DNA of 64,000 bases, taken from the NCBI RefSeq assembly GCF_016432865.1, contig NC_067400.1, positions 63,922,001 to 63,986,000 of the forward strand, written 5' to 3'. The notes under the pieces are model-generated. The model was given only the letters and a program-made list of their open reading frames with translations. It was not told the DNA's origin and made no database searches. Positions within the stretch are counted from its first letter, which is position 1. Each line of letters begins with the position of its first letter. Shown here piece by piece: positions 16,301-28,969 of this stretch. The position numbers and the translations under genes were made by a program. Source of the DNA: Antechinus flavipes (Eukaryota).

Positions 16301-17294
16301 ACAAATAATGCCTGAAGGCAAGAGACCGGAGGAAATTATCAAGGGTCAAAGTATATGGAGGAAAAGCCTCTTATTTATTGAGGGTGAGGGAAGATAAAGA
16401 GGAGCCCTCAGCCATAGATCACAGAGATAAAGAGCCAAGGGAGGAGTGAGATGAAGGACACACAATCAGCGTCCATACGGTCCGGGTTTCTCCAATGCTC
16501 CTCCCTCACGCCCCAAAAGAGACAGAAGTCCCAACCACGCCCCAAAAGAGACAGGAGTCCCAACCACGCCCCACGCTCACCTTTTGGTAGGCAGAGCCAC
16601 AGTGATGCTGGTCATAAGCCACGTGGTCCGCGCAGAATATGCCAGAACAGGCGTCACACTTGAGAGGCAGGAAATCTGCCAGGAGGGAAGGACGCTTACT
16701 TAGCCGTCTCTGAGGAGCCTGATGCTAAATCACGCCTCATTCATGTCGTTCCCCCCGCCCTAAGCTCAGCCTTGCCCTTTTCTCGGCCGTCACTGCACTC
16801 CCCCAGTCCCCGCCCCGGATTCACTCCCTGTCCGTCTCCAGCTGCATTTTATACGTGTTTATGTGTACATGTACGTCTACACCCACAACAGGACGTACAC
16901 CTTACGGTGTGCATGCATACACATGTACACACATATAAATGCCCATACAATATACATACATGTGCACACACACACACATACATACATAACGCATTACAGC
17001 AGCGCTTTGGGACTTATTTAATTTCTTTAGCCACCACGCTTCCTCTAGGCTCCTCCCACTCCTCAATCCCGGAAGTCCGTACCGGTCCCAGCCCTCGGCA
17101 GACCCCAGCCACACACAGCCCCAGGCAGGGGTGTAAAACCTGCCTTCCAGTCCAGACCCCGCCTATCTGGCCCCGCCCCCAATCGAACCGCTTCTAGGCC
17201 CCGCCCCCAATCGAACCGCTTCTAGGCCCCGCCCCTCACCCAGGCGCTGACAGGTCGGTTCCGAGCAGTGAGCTCCCAGGTCCGGGAATTCCAT
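13305..17294 (-). CDS. ZFAND2B: AN1-type zinc finger protein 2B (AIRAPL), 9 exons, ~251 aa
   Basis: Exons (minus) 17240-17294, 16581-16675, 14504-14635, 14222-14373, 13900-13995, 13779-13818, 13629-13696, 13452-13524, 13305-13349. MEFPDLGAHCSEPTCQRLDFLPLKCDAC...; two AN1 fingers, two UIMs (SEDEALQQAL, EEEDLALAQALSASE), C-terminal CaaX-type CSLC*. All introns GT-AG with consistent phases. Confidence 0.96.
14897..15125 (+). mobile_element. CORE-SINE (MIR/Mar-like) in ZFAND2B intron 2
   Basis: tRNA-like head (gttcaaatt B box) followed by the MIR core gcctcagtttcctcaacctataaaatagggatgataat. Confidence 0.65.
15420..15927 (+). mobile_element. Solo endogenous retroviral LTR (508 bp)
   Basis: TG...CA termini (TGTTAAG...TATCACA), direct repeat GAGGAC at 15414-15419 and 15928-15933, TATAAA at 15577-15582, AATAAA at 15812-15817. 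Confidence 0.75.
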
Positions 17295-17800
17295 GGCCGG
17301 GGATGGAGGGAGGAGGGGCCTCTGTGTAGAGGAAGCGAAGAGGGAGCGTTGCGATGGCGCTGGCTCCAAACCTGGGCGGACCTACCACGCCCCCGGGGGC
17401 TCCTCTGCCGTGATCCACTCCGTCCCGGGCGGACCCGCTGCTCTCGGATCCGAGACCCAGCCGCCGGCGACCCTCAAACATCTGCAGGCTCGGCTCCGCC
17501 CCCTTTCCGCGCCATAGGCGCGGTGACGTCACGGCACGCACCACTACGGGCGCGTCCCCGTCCCGTGCAGCGAGCAACCTCCCCCCACCTCTCCCACCAA
17601 GCCCCGCCCCTTCATCCTTCCCCCGTGATTTTCCGTCTCCCCTTCCTCCGCAGGAGGAGCGAATGAGCGAGCAGGTGCCGGAGCTGCCGTGAGATCCTGA
17701 GCCTCCCTCACGAGCCCCTATCGAGAGCGCTCTCTGCTCGAACACCTGTAGCGACAAAAGTCTCATAACTTCTGCGCAGCCTCGCGTGGGCTGTGCGACC
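17295..17800 (-). promoter_or_regulatory. ZFAND2B CpG-island promoter with perfect CRE
   Basis: CpG-rich. GTGACGTCAC palindrome at 17523-17532 and several GC boxes. Confidence 0.6.
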
Positions 17801-18704
17801 GTCGCCCCCTCCGGGCGGGTCCTGCCTGGAAGGGCAGAGCAAGGGGGCTCAGAAAAGGGACCTGAGGTAGATCCACACGCTCACCCATTTCTGGGCTAGA
17901 GGTATAAGGTCAAGACATTTTCCCTAGCCGCTGTCTTCTCACGTGGGGACGCTTCAAGTTCACTAGTTGTAGGACCCCGGGACGGCCACAGCCTCCCGTG
18001 ACTCAGTTTCCTCATCTGCAAAGGTGAGGTGATGGTCACGGCTATTTCCCAGCGCTGTCATCGGGATAAAATGTAACATTTGCAAGCACTTTGCAAACCT
18101 TACCGATATATACATGCTAACCATCATTAGCTATTGATGTTTTCAATGAACGTGCTTTTTAAAAGCTGATTGATGTCACCTGGTTAATAGGGGGAGCCCA
18201 TTTATACCTACCCCCTTTCACGAAACGCTGGTCACACAAAAGATCACAATTCCATCCAGCAGCAAGCGTTTATAAACACCTACCAGGTACTAGGCAGCGC
18301 CGAGGGAACAAATGAAGAAAAAACAACCTGCCCCTGCTCTCGAGGAGCTCAGTCTAATGGGTGAGACAGCACGTAAACCCAGGGATCCAAGTAAACCTAA
18401 AAAAGGAATCAGAGCTCTTATACATACTAGAATGTATGGGAAAATACAGGAATACTATGAGAGTGAGAAATCCCAGCCCAACCAAGAGAAAGGCCCTATC
18501 TTACCCAATGGAAAATTTCCCAAAGTCGCCAGGGAAATCACGGGCACGTTGAGGTGCCAGCTTCTCTTCTGAAAGTATTTTTTCCCCTTTCCTCACAAAT
18601 TTCTCCCACAAGATAGTCTGGAATCATACAGACACATATATACAAACCTACAAACACATACATAGGTATATATGCATATATGTTTATACATATATGTGTG
18701 TGTG

Positions 18705-19904
18705 TCTATCCATCTATCCATCTATCTCTCTATCTCTATCCATCATCTATCTATTCATCATCTATCCATCTATCTCTATCTATCTATCCATCATCTATCT
18801 CTATCTATCCATCATCTATCCATCTATCTCTATCCATCATCTATCTCTATCTATCCATCATCTATCCATCTATCTCTATCCATCATCTATCCATCTATCT
18901 CTATCCATCATATATCTCTATCTATCCATCATCTATCCATCTATCTCTATTCATCATCTATCCATCTATCTCTATCCATCATCTATCTCTATCTATCCAT
19001 CATCTATCCATCTATCTCTATCCATCATCTATCTCTATCCATCATCTATCTATTCATCATCTATCCATCTATCTCTATCTATCTATCCATCATCTATCTC
19101 TATCTATCCATCATCTATCCATCTATCTCTATCCATCATCTATCTCTATCTATCCATCATCTATCCATCTATCTCTATCCATCATCTATCCATCTATCTC
19201 TATCCATCATCTATCTCTATCTATCCATCATCTATCCATCTATCTCTATCTATCTCTCCATCATCTATCTCTATCTATCCATCTATCTCTATCTATCTCT
19301 CCATCATCTATCCATCTATCTCTATCTATCTCTCCATCATCTATCTCTATCTATCCATCTATCTCTATCTATCCATCCATCATCTATCTCTATCCATCTA
19401 TCTCTATCTATCCATCATCTATCTCTATCTATCCATCATCTATCCATCTATCTCTATCCCTCCATCATCTATCCATCTATCTCTATCTCTCCATCATCTA
19501 TCCATCTAGCTCTATCTATCTCTCCATCATCTACCCATCTATCTCTATCTCTCCATCATCTATCTATCTCTATCTATCTCTCCATCATCTATCTCTATCT
19601 ATCCATCTATCTCTATCTATCCATCATCTATTTCTATTTCTCCATCATCTATCCATCTATCTCTATCTATTTCTCCATCATCTATCCATCTATCTCTATC
19701 CCTCCATCATCTATCCATCTATCTCTCCATCATCTATCCATCTATCTCGCCATCATCTATCCATCTATCTCTACCTATCCCTCCATCATCTATCCATCTA
19801 TCTCTCCATCTATCTATCCATCTATCTCTATCCATCATCTATCTATCTATCTATCCATCTACCTATCTACCTATCCATCTACCTGTCTATCTACCTATCT
19901 ATCA
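18705..19904. repeat. 1.2-kb complex TCTA/TCCA/TCA (GATA/GGAT-type) satellite
   Basis: Plus strand is almost G-free. Recurrent higher-order units such as CCATCATCTATCCATCTATCTCTAT and CCATCATCTATCTCTATCTAT. Preceded by (TA)n/(TG)n. Confidence 0.95.
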
Positions 19905-20659
19905 TTCCTTGGAGAATAAAGAAGAATTGTTCTGTTGTCCCACTTCTCACCCCTTACATAGGCATGGGGTTTCCAGGTCTCATTCTTTCCTCTATTTAGA
20001 ATAGCCTTGTCCAAAATACTTCAGGCTTGAAATCCTAGGTTTCAAGCTTCAATTGTGTTCTGTGTATGAAGCAGAACAAGTTGAATCACTTTTCTCTTGA
20101 CAGCTCTTCAGCTATTTGAAGATCATGATTGTATAACTTCTCTTTTCCTCAATCATTGCTTATATAATAAGGTTTTAGGTCACCTCACCACACCCATTGT
20201 ATCTTATTTTGAATGTGCTTAATTTTTCCATTGTCCTTTCTTAAAGCATTCTTCTAGTATTCTTGTCTACCTAATATGATTTGGCAGGAGAGGTCATTAT
20301 GTTCCCTTGAACTGAGTATAAAATTATACTATTTATTCCTTTTGTATGTAAGGGTTTTCAGTTTTGGATCTTGGAAAGCATATTGCACTGCTCTTGTATT
20401 CATGTTATGTTTTGTAGTATAATTTTTAAAATATATTTCCTAATAAACTGTAATTTCCATGAGGGTGTAGCACCCATTCTGGGCTTACTCTCTCAGCTGG
20501 AAATTGGCTTGCAAGTTTGATCCCTAGAAGTCAGCTGCTATGTTTATTTCCCAAAGAAGTGAGGGTAATCCTGAGGAGATAAACTTTCTAGTAGTTCCAT
20601 TCATGATTCCCTATCTATTGTGCTCCCCTATATTAATCAACTAATCAAACAAATTAATC

Positions 20660-21475
20660 AATTAATTTTTAAAACCATATTTACTATTGGAGAAGTGGGA
20701 AAACTGGGATACTAATGCATTGTTGGTAGAATTGTGAACTGATCCAGTCATTCTGGAGAGCAATTTATGCCCAAAGGGCAATAAAACAGCATATACCCTT
20801 TGATCCAGCAGTATCATTACAGGTTTTGTATCCCCATGAGATCTTAAAAAAGGGAAAATGACCCACATGTACAAAAATGTTTATAGCAAGCTCTTTTTGT
20901 GGTGACAAGTAATTGGAAATTGAGTAAATGCCAATCAATTGGGGAATGGCTGAATAAATTATGGTATACAAATATAACAGAATATTATTGTTCTATAAAA
21001 AATGATGAACAGGCAGATTTTAGAAAAGTCTGGAAAGATTTATATGAACTAATGCTGAGTAAACAAGCAGAACCAGGAAAACACTGTATATAGCAACTGC
21101 AAGATTGTGTGATGATCAACTATGACAGCTTAGCTCTTCTCAGCAATACACTGATCCAAGCAAATTCTGATAGTCTTGTGGTGGAAGTCGCCATTCTCAT
21201 CCAGAGAAAGAACTATGGAGACTGAATGCAGATTCAAGCATATTATTTTACATTTTTGTTGTTTTATTCTTTCTTGTTATTTTCCCCTTTTGTTTTGATT
21301 TTTCTTTTACAACATAACTAATATAGAAACATGTTTGAAATGATTACACATGTATAATCTGTATCAGATTGCTGTCTTGGGAAGGGGGGAGAAAAATTTG
21401 GAACTTAGAATCTTACAAAAATGAATGTTAAAAACCATCTTTACATGTAATTGGAAAATATTATTAAATGACAAA
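20660..21475 (+). mobile_element. LINE-1 fragment (ORF2 C-terminus plus 3' UTR)
   Basis: Decayed marsupial L1 ORF2 end (GxLIHCW...IPFDPAVSL-like) followed by a typical marsupial L1 3' UTR. Confidence 0.8.
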
Positions 21476-21746
21476 AAAGCATATTTGCTGAGAAAAATAA
21501 TAGCTAATCTTTATAAAGCACTTTAAGATTTACAAAGTGCCTTACAAATATTTTCCTATCTTATCCTCCTGACAACTTTGGGAGATAAGTGCTATTATTA
21601 TCTCCATTTTACAGATGAGTAAATTAAATCACAGAGAAGTTGTGACTTTCCCAGAGTGAAAATTTAAATCTAATACTCTATATACTATTACCAAACAGCA
21701 CAGCAAGACTAGAAACTTTTAAAAATTCCCCCAAATTCAATGGGTG

Positions 21747-21766
21747 TCTCTCTCTCTCTCTCTCTC

Positions 21767-21815
<49 letters not shown>
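21747..21815. repeat. (TC)n(CA)n compound microsatellite
   Basis: Directly visible. Confidence 0.95.
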
Positions 21816-21818
<3 letters not shown>

Positions 21819-22159
21819 GGATTCCTGGGGAGAATGGACTCAAAATTAAGGTGCAAAAAGTGTACAGGATACTGATTACCTCATGCTTACTGGCTACTTT
21901 TCTCCCCGTCAGAGTCCCCAGTTACTCTGCTGCAGAACAAGGCATCTCTTGGGGAAAAAAATCTGCCTTGCTCATGTTCCTTGGCTCTTTGCTAGGTGTG
22001 ATATCCCCGATGACCGGTAGGTAGATTCATACACTGCTGGGCTGGGTCCAGCAAATCTGCTGGTACAGTGGCTTCCCAGCAGACACTGCTGCTACTGCTA
22101 CTGCTCCTGGCTGCTAACTGCTGGCTTCTGGCTGCTACTGCTGCTGAAACAATCAGCAG

Positions 22160-22621
22160 GATGATTTCAGAGAGACCTGGAGAGACTTAGCTGATGCTAA
22201 GTGAAATGAGCAGGACCAGGAGATCATTATACATGGCAACAGCAGGATTATTGATCAATTCTGTTGGACATAGCTCTTTCTAACAATGAGATGATTCAGG
22301 CCAGTTCCAATGACGTTGTGATGAAGGAAGTCATCTACATCCAGAGAGAGGACCTTGGGAACGGAGTGAGAATCACAACATGGCATCTTTACTCCTTTTG
22401 TTGTTGTTCACTTGCATTTTGTTTTCTTACTCATTTTCTTTCCTTTTTGATCTGATTTTTCTTATGCAGCAAGATAATTGCATAAATATGTTTACATATT
22501 TTAACATGTATAACATATATTGGATTGAGGGGAAAATTTGGAACACAAGGGTATGCAAGGGTCAATGTTGAAAAATTATCCATGCATATATTTTGAAAAT
22601 AAAAAACTTTCAAAAAAAAAA
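22160..22621 (+). mobile_element. LINE-1 3' UTR fragment with poly(A)
   Basis: Similar to the other L1 3' ends in the window (29930-30385). Ends with AATAAA and an A-tract. Confidence 0.8.
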
Positions 22622-24420
22622 GAGGAATTCCCTTAGCTTCTTTCTCCATTCTCTCAACATCATTAATCTTTTTATTATTATTATTATTATAGCGTTTCTA
22701 CTATTATCTCATACATCCTGGATTCAGCATAATCCCAAGGAGAGTGAAATCAAACTTTTCTCACATTATCTGGCTGGGTATGCTTTCACTCTGGAGTATT
22801 TATGACAATCTCTTAAACTAAACTTTGCCATAGGATAAAAATGAAGATACTGTATTGAATGAACTCAGCTCAGTTCAGCTGTCCTGCTTCTACGTATCCA
22901 TAATGGTCTGCAGGTCAAGCATCAAAGAAGAGATGGAGTTTTGTACTCATAATTATTTTGTACTCAGATGATAAAGAAACCACATCAACATCAAGAAATA
23001 TAGTGTCATAAGCCAATTAAATCTCAGGGATAGTTTTAATATCACTTCTATTCTAAAAAATAAATTTTTATTGATATTTTTATTTTTACATCATTTAGAT
23101 TTTCCTCCTGTATTCCTCCCACTCTGGTCTCTCAAAAAGACATTTTTAACTAAGAATTTTTTTTAGAAAAAAAGAAAAATCCAGCAAAACTGATCAAAAA
23201 TGGAAAAAATGTAATGTCATATTAATAATTATATTAATAAGATATTAATTAATATAACAATAGTTGTACTTCATATATTACATGTAGTGTTTCACACTCA
23301 TGGACTCTAATCTTTGCAAAGAAGGATTTTTTTCTCCTCATATATTTTCTTTGGGGCCAAGCTTATTTTTTTTGTGATTTTACAATATTCACTTTTAATT
23401 ACTTTGTGGTTATTGTTCTTTCTATATACATTTTTTAGTGTTTGCTATTTTTCTGGCTCTGCTTATTTCATTTTTCATCAGTTCATATAAGCCTTTCCAT
23501 GCTTCTCTTTATTCATTTTAGTTGTTTCCAAAAGTATAGTAACGTTCAATTATACTTACATATCACTTTGCTACCATAAAAAATCCTGCTATAAAAATTT
23601 GTGCATATGGAGCCATTTTTTTTTTGTCATTGACTTACTTGAGATATATGCCTAGAAATTTTAATAGCTTTTAAGGAAAAACTTCACACTCAAGATTATT
23701 CATTCTCACCCCATCTCCAAGATTAGAATCATCCATTCTCAGTGTATCAGGGGTTAGACTCAAATACTTCTTATGGAGCAAGGCATATGTTCTGATTTTT
23801 CCATTGGGATAACTGTTGTGGCCTTTTACTATAGGACATAAGTGACTAACAAGCTCCTGGTTGATCCCTATGCATCCCTGTGACTGGAGAAGACCTTGGG
23901 AAACTGCTCTCAATTACAATATGGCATTAGTTAGGTCTCCCCCTTAAAATGGATTATTACCAAAAAAATTAGAAAATTAAATGGATTATTACATAGTTTC
24001 TTCTACAAAATGTACTCAATGGGCAAACTCAATATGGAGTATTGAACTGTTTTTTGTTTTCTCTATCACAAAAGAAATTCTCAAAATACACAAAAAACTC
24101 ACATGTCCACATGAGCAAATATTCAAACATGAAACAACAATCCACTCCCTAAATAACTCTCCAGAAAAGCAAAAACACTTTGTAGAATTGATAAATTATT
24201 ATTTTACTTTTATCTTTGACCACTCTCTGTGCAACTCACAAATATGGAACTTCTGAAACTAGAGCATGGTTTGTGCTGCCTTAACTCTTTCAGCTACAGC
24301 ATCTTTCAGATTCTAACCTCACCACCATGCTGCTCACTCAACTCTGGGTTGACATTACCTCCCTCAACCTCCTCTCCCCTCTGATTGGAGAGTTGGAAGG
24401 TGGAATACCAAATTCTTCCT

Positions 24421-24645
24421 TGTTGTTATTTAGTCTCTTCAGTCATACCTGAGTCTTTCTGACCCCATTCAGGGTTTTCTTGGCAAAGATACTGAGTAGT
24501 TTGCTATTTCCTTCTCCAGCTCATTTTACATATGAGGAAACTGAGGCAAACAGGATAAGTGACTTGCCCAAGTTCATACAGCTAGTCTCTTAGGTCATAT
24601 TTGAATTCAAGTCCTTTTGATTCAAGCCAAGGCTTGTACCTAGCT
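24421..24645 (-). mobile_element. Mar1-like SINE (CORE plus RTE-derived tail)
   Basis: ggttttcttggcaaagatactgagtagtttgctatttccttctccagctcattttacatatgaggaaactgaggc is the reverse complement of the RTE-type tail plus MIR core. Confidence 0.75.
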
Positions 24646-26333
24646 GTCCAAACTCTTTCTAGTGTTTTCCTTTGTAGAAGACAGAAAGTGGGCTCTGAGC
24701 TCACTTCTCTTTGCTTCTGCTTGGTACCATTTTGTGTTCCATTCCACTCTGCACTTTCTTGATTCCTTCTGTATGTTGTCTCTTTGCTTAGAATATGAAC
24801 TCCTTGAGGGCAAGAGTTGTCTACCTTTTTATTAATTGTACCCCCAGTCTTTATTTAGCACAGTACCTCAAACATAGTCCTTAATAAATGTTTAAACAAT
24901 TGGATTGGATTGGAGTTTCTCCTAGGAGCAGTGTATCTGGTAGGAGACAAAAAGTTTCTCCCAATATCAACTTGTATCAGCTCAAGATTTGGAAAATCTT
25001 GAGCTCATGAGGAAACATCCATCTTTATTTTTCCTTCCCTGAATGTGAAGGATTAATAGCATGCTATCAGGGCCCAGGACACATGAACTTTGCTAATCCT
25101 CCACAACATTACTGTGAATGATTTGTGTGATGCAAGGAATATAGGAAGCATTTGTCCCAAAGTCCCATAAAGTGTCTTTATCTATAATAAGTTTAATCAA
25201 GATAATGGGTTATTGGAGCATTTTATTTCTATATTTGTTCAAAGACAACTTGAGTCTTTTTCCCTTGTGCATTTTCTTTGATGGGTGAAATGATTTTTTC
25301 GTCCTCTACATAAACATTATACTAATGCTATGTCCATTTGGGAATTGAACAGTCTTATGCCCACTTCTGGGGAAATCTAGGCACTAAGCATTTATAAGCT
25401 TTATTCAGATTTTCCCAGAATTTTACTCTAGAGTGAAGGCAATGATCCAAAGAGAGAAACTGACCTTTGGAAAATCAGCCCCAGGTCCATGTGAGCCAGA
25501 GTCTTTGGGGGAGGCAAAAAGAGGGCAGTCTTTAGAGTTCATTTAAGATGCAAAGGTTTGATTTTAAACTCTGGTTCTTAGTCCATTGGGAGAAGCTACA
25601 CACAACTTTTGGATTTTATCTAAATTTATTTATTTTCTTTTAAGCTAGCCTATTTTCCTTTGCAGGAAATTGGTGGGAAATTCCATTTAGAAAGTTATAA
25701 AAATTACAGGGATATATTGGAGAAAATTGTGAGTGGCCCTATGAATAATCAAAATATGACAAAAGTTCAAAGGAACTTTTCATGCCTTTCAAGACACAAA
25801 CCTGGATTACTTCTACTATCTACCTCCTCTGCCCCTAATCACATACTGCTGAATGGCTCTAGAGAAAGTTGACTGCTCTACAAATTTGTATTCTCTAAAC
25901 ACTCTCAACCCAGAATCCGTGAAGTTTCATTGTTGTTGAAACTTGTTTTATCTGATTTATTTAATGTTTCCCCATTTATGTTCAAAAAACTCTTTAAAAA
26001 TTTTTTTGAGTTTTAGGTTCTCTAAACATTTCCATACAAATTAAGTTGTAAAAGAAAACAGATTTCTCACCCTAATGAAAATAAAAACCCTCAAGAAAAA
26101 CTGTTTTAAAAAAAAGAGATAGAGAAAGAGAGAATGCTTCAATGTATATTCAGATACAATCAATTCTTCTCTGGTATGGATAGGATTTTCATCATAAATC
26201 CTTCAAAGTAATCGTGGATGATTGTACTATTGAGAATAGCAAAGTCATTTACAGCTGGTCATCCCAGAGAATTGTTATTACTTCATATACAGCACATTTC
26301 ACTTTGCTTGAGTTCATGGAGGATTCTCCAGGT

Positions 26334-26336
<3 letters not shown>

Positions 26337-26393
<57 letters not shown>
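26337..26393. repeat. (GT)n microsatellite
   Basis: Directly visible. Confidence 0.95.
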
Positions 26394-26396
<3 letters not shown>

Positions 26397-27120
26397 CTGG
26401 AAGCATCTTGTTCATCATTTCTCAAAGAACAATAAAATTCCATGTGTTTTTTTAAAAAAAATTTTGATAATTGAATTTAATTGGCTTCCTTTGTAATCCT
26501 CTATGTCATATATTTAAAAGGTTTACCCATTTTAAAATAATGGTCTAATGGACCCTTACTACAGCAAATTGGTGCTTTTCAAATAGGGTCATGAAAAGGC
26601 TGAACAGCAGCAAATGGATTCTCTATACTATTCACCACATTAGATGTTCTAAAATTTTTCTCTCCTTACCTCTTTCTTGACTGTCTTGGCTGAAGACCTT
26701 GCCTCATTTTTTACTGAAAACTTTTAAATTAAATTAAAATTTTTAATTCTAAATTTAATAGATACCTCCCAGTGAGCATTCCTATACACAAATAGAAGAT
26801 AAAAAGATTAGATGCAAAAGCATAACTCTCAAGTCCATATAGCATGCTTCTGAAAAAAAGTATATAATAAATTCAGTTTTATTTTCCAAGTTTTCCTGCT
26901 TACCTGTGTCTATTTAGGTAGTATTTCCCTTCTGATCCCTTTTGTCTTCCTGTTTCTTCTCTTTTTAGCCTTGCTCTTGCCAGTTTCCATATTCACCAAT
27001 TGATCTACAGATTGACACTCAAATCCTGAAAGCTGCCTCAATTCAACAAATATTTCTAAAAGTGTCTGCTCTTATTTATGGAGTGATCCAGAATCCCATG
27101 GAGAAGTCCATCGGAGCTGT

Positions 27121-27278
27121 TTTTTTTTTTTTTTTTTAAATTATTGTTTGGTCAGGTAATTAAGGTTAAGTGACTCGTCCAGGATCACACAGTAAGTGTC
27201 AAATGTCTGAGATCTCATTTGAACTCCGATCCCCGCTTGCAGGATTGGTGATTTATCCACTGCACCACCTAGCTGCCC
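27121..27278 (-). mobile_element. WSINE1-like marsupial SINE
   Basis: Poly(T), then ggttaagtgact...tttgaactc (B box)...tccactgcaccacctagctgcccc (reverse complement of the GGGGCAGCTAGGTGGTGCAGTGGA head). Confidence 0.8.
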
Positions 27279-28097
27279 TAATTGGAACTACAGCTGGAGC
27301 TTCCCACTGTGGATGTATCTTGCCCCACTTTGTACTTCTGTTTGTTTAAGTCAGGTGTTCCCAAGTCACACCTAAATAGACATCTCCTATTACTCTATGT
27401 CAGTCTTCCAGGCTTCATTGTTCACACTGACAGCTTGCTAGCCAATCCGTGGTCTTGTGAACTGATTAATGCAGCATTTGTGGTGACTCATGCTATTTCA
27501 GCTGGGCAGTTAATTAATCCTGGATTGTATTTCCTGTTTACTAAATGCTGGTGGATGCTGACCCAGAATGATTATGTTGATGATGTACCATGTGTTTCTG
27601 CTTGTGTATTTCCCTGTCCAATACACAGCTTGTTTGAACCTTCCTTAGGATCATATATTCAAAAGCTGGAAGGAATTTCCTGTTAGCAGAGAGTCTGGCT
27701 GTTTACTCCTCAGCTCAAGTCCCATACTTGAGGGGGATTGATACAAATGATTCATGGTACTTAGCCTTGGGAATAGATAGGAAGGTAAATGATCAACTCA
27801 TCTTGCTACAGAGCAAACTGGTTACATATTTTCTATAAATATCTATATCTTACTTAATGCTTTCAAAACCTGAGATTCTGTCAAACATTGTCAGGAATAT
27901 TTACAAAGTATACAGGCCCCACTTATGTACTAGGTTGGAACCTGAAAACCTGTTTTATGCAGGGCACAAAGTATCATGTAGAAATTTGTTAATGGCTATT
28001 GGGTCATTGGAATCTTTGGAAAAATATTTAAAGCTCAGTAGCATAGCTTCTTGGGGGGAAAAATAAATACCTAAATCACTTGGATACCATTTCCTTT

Positions 28098-28233
28098 CAG
28101 TAAAATTATTTTTTTTTCCCCCTAAGGCAATTAGGGTTAAGTGACTTGCCCAGGTTCAGTAAAATTCTTTTTTTTTTTTCTTCTGAGGCAATTAGGGTTA
28201 AGTGACTTGCCCAGGGTCGGTAAAATTCTTTAA
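28098..28233 (-). mobile_element. Two tandem, heavily 5'-truncated WSINE1-like 3' ends
   Basis: Units 28098-28156 and 28157-28217 each carry a T-tract plus aggcaattagggttaagtgacttgcccagg. CAGTAAAATT-like motif present three times. Confidence 0.6.
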
Positions 28234-28823
28234 ATAGGAGTTCCATAACTGCTTCTGGGACTCATGAATCATTCAGGTGGCTAAATTTTTTGATCCCTAA
28301 TTGTTTCAGTTTTCTATTTATATTCCAAAGTGGTACCACCAAGATAAAGGGTTTAATATTTACTTCATATTATCACCTTCTTACAATTCTGCATTTCAGC
28401 AAAAATCAGTCTTCCTGCTATTTCTCACCTCCATATCTTGAATAGGTTGTCCTTGATATCTGGAATGTTCTTCCTCTTCCCATTCACATGATAGGATCCC
28501 TAATTCTCTTCAAGGATGAGTTCAGATGTCTCCAGATGTAAGGAAGATACTTTTAAAAACATTCTTTTTTGTCATTTTGAACTCGTCAAACATCAACAAA
28601 TATGAGCATTTCCATATACAAATAAGAACAGAAAAAGATTGTATGTGGATCCATGAACTTATATTAATACAGCAGAATTTTTTAAAAGTACATTATACAT
28701 TCAACATATGCATTTCAAAGTTTCCTTGTCTGTGTCTATTTCTGAACTTCCTTTATATTTCTTATGTGCATTAAAAACAGACTAATTATCTTCCTTTTCC
28801 CTTCCTCTTTCTTTCTTTTTTAT

Positions 28824-28969
28824 NNNNNNNNNNNNNNNNNNNNNNNNNNNNNNNNNNNNNNNNNNNNNNNNNNNNNNNNNNNNNNNNNNNNNNNNNNNNN
28901 NNNNNNNNNNNNNNNNNNNNNNNNNNNNNNNNNNNNNNNNNNNNNNNNNNNNNNNNNNNNNNNNNNNNN
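28824..28969. other. Assembly gap (146 N)
   Basis: Run of N within an L1 3' end. Confidence 0.99.

Noticed and set aside
18672-19999. Three long ORFs (415, 439, 271 aa) rich in S/I/Y/L/H/P
   Set aside because: They are translations of the TCTA/TCCA satellite, whose composition cannot form stop codons on the + strand; not genes.
23671-23913. 80-aa minus-strand ORF between L1 fragments, considered as a possible retrocopy
   Set aside because: I could not match any frame to a known protein, and no poly(A) or TSD was evident.
21740-26496. ORFs with HTHTHT / VCVCVC tracts
   Set aside because: Translations of (CA)n/(GT)n microsatellites.
27282-27686. 134-aa plus-strand ORF in the intergenic block
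   Set aside because: No recognisable motif in any frame; possibly decayed repeat. A BLASTx would settle it.
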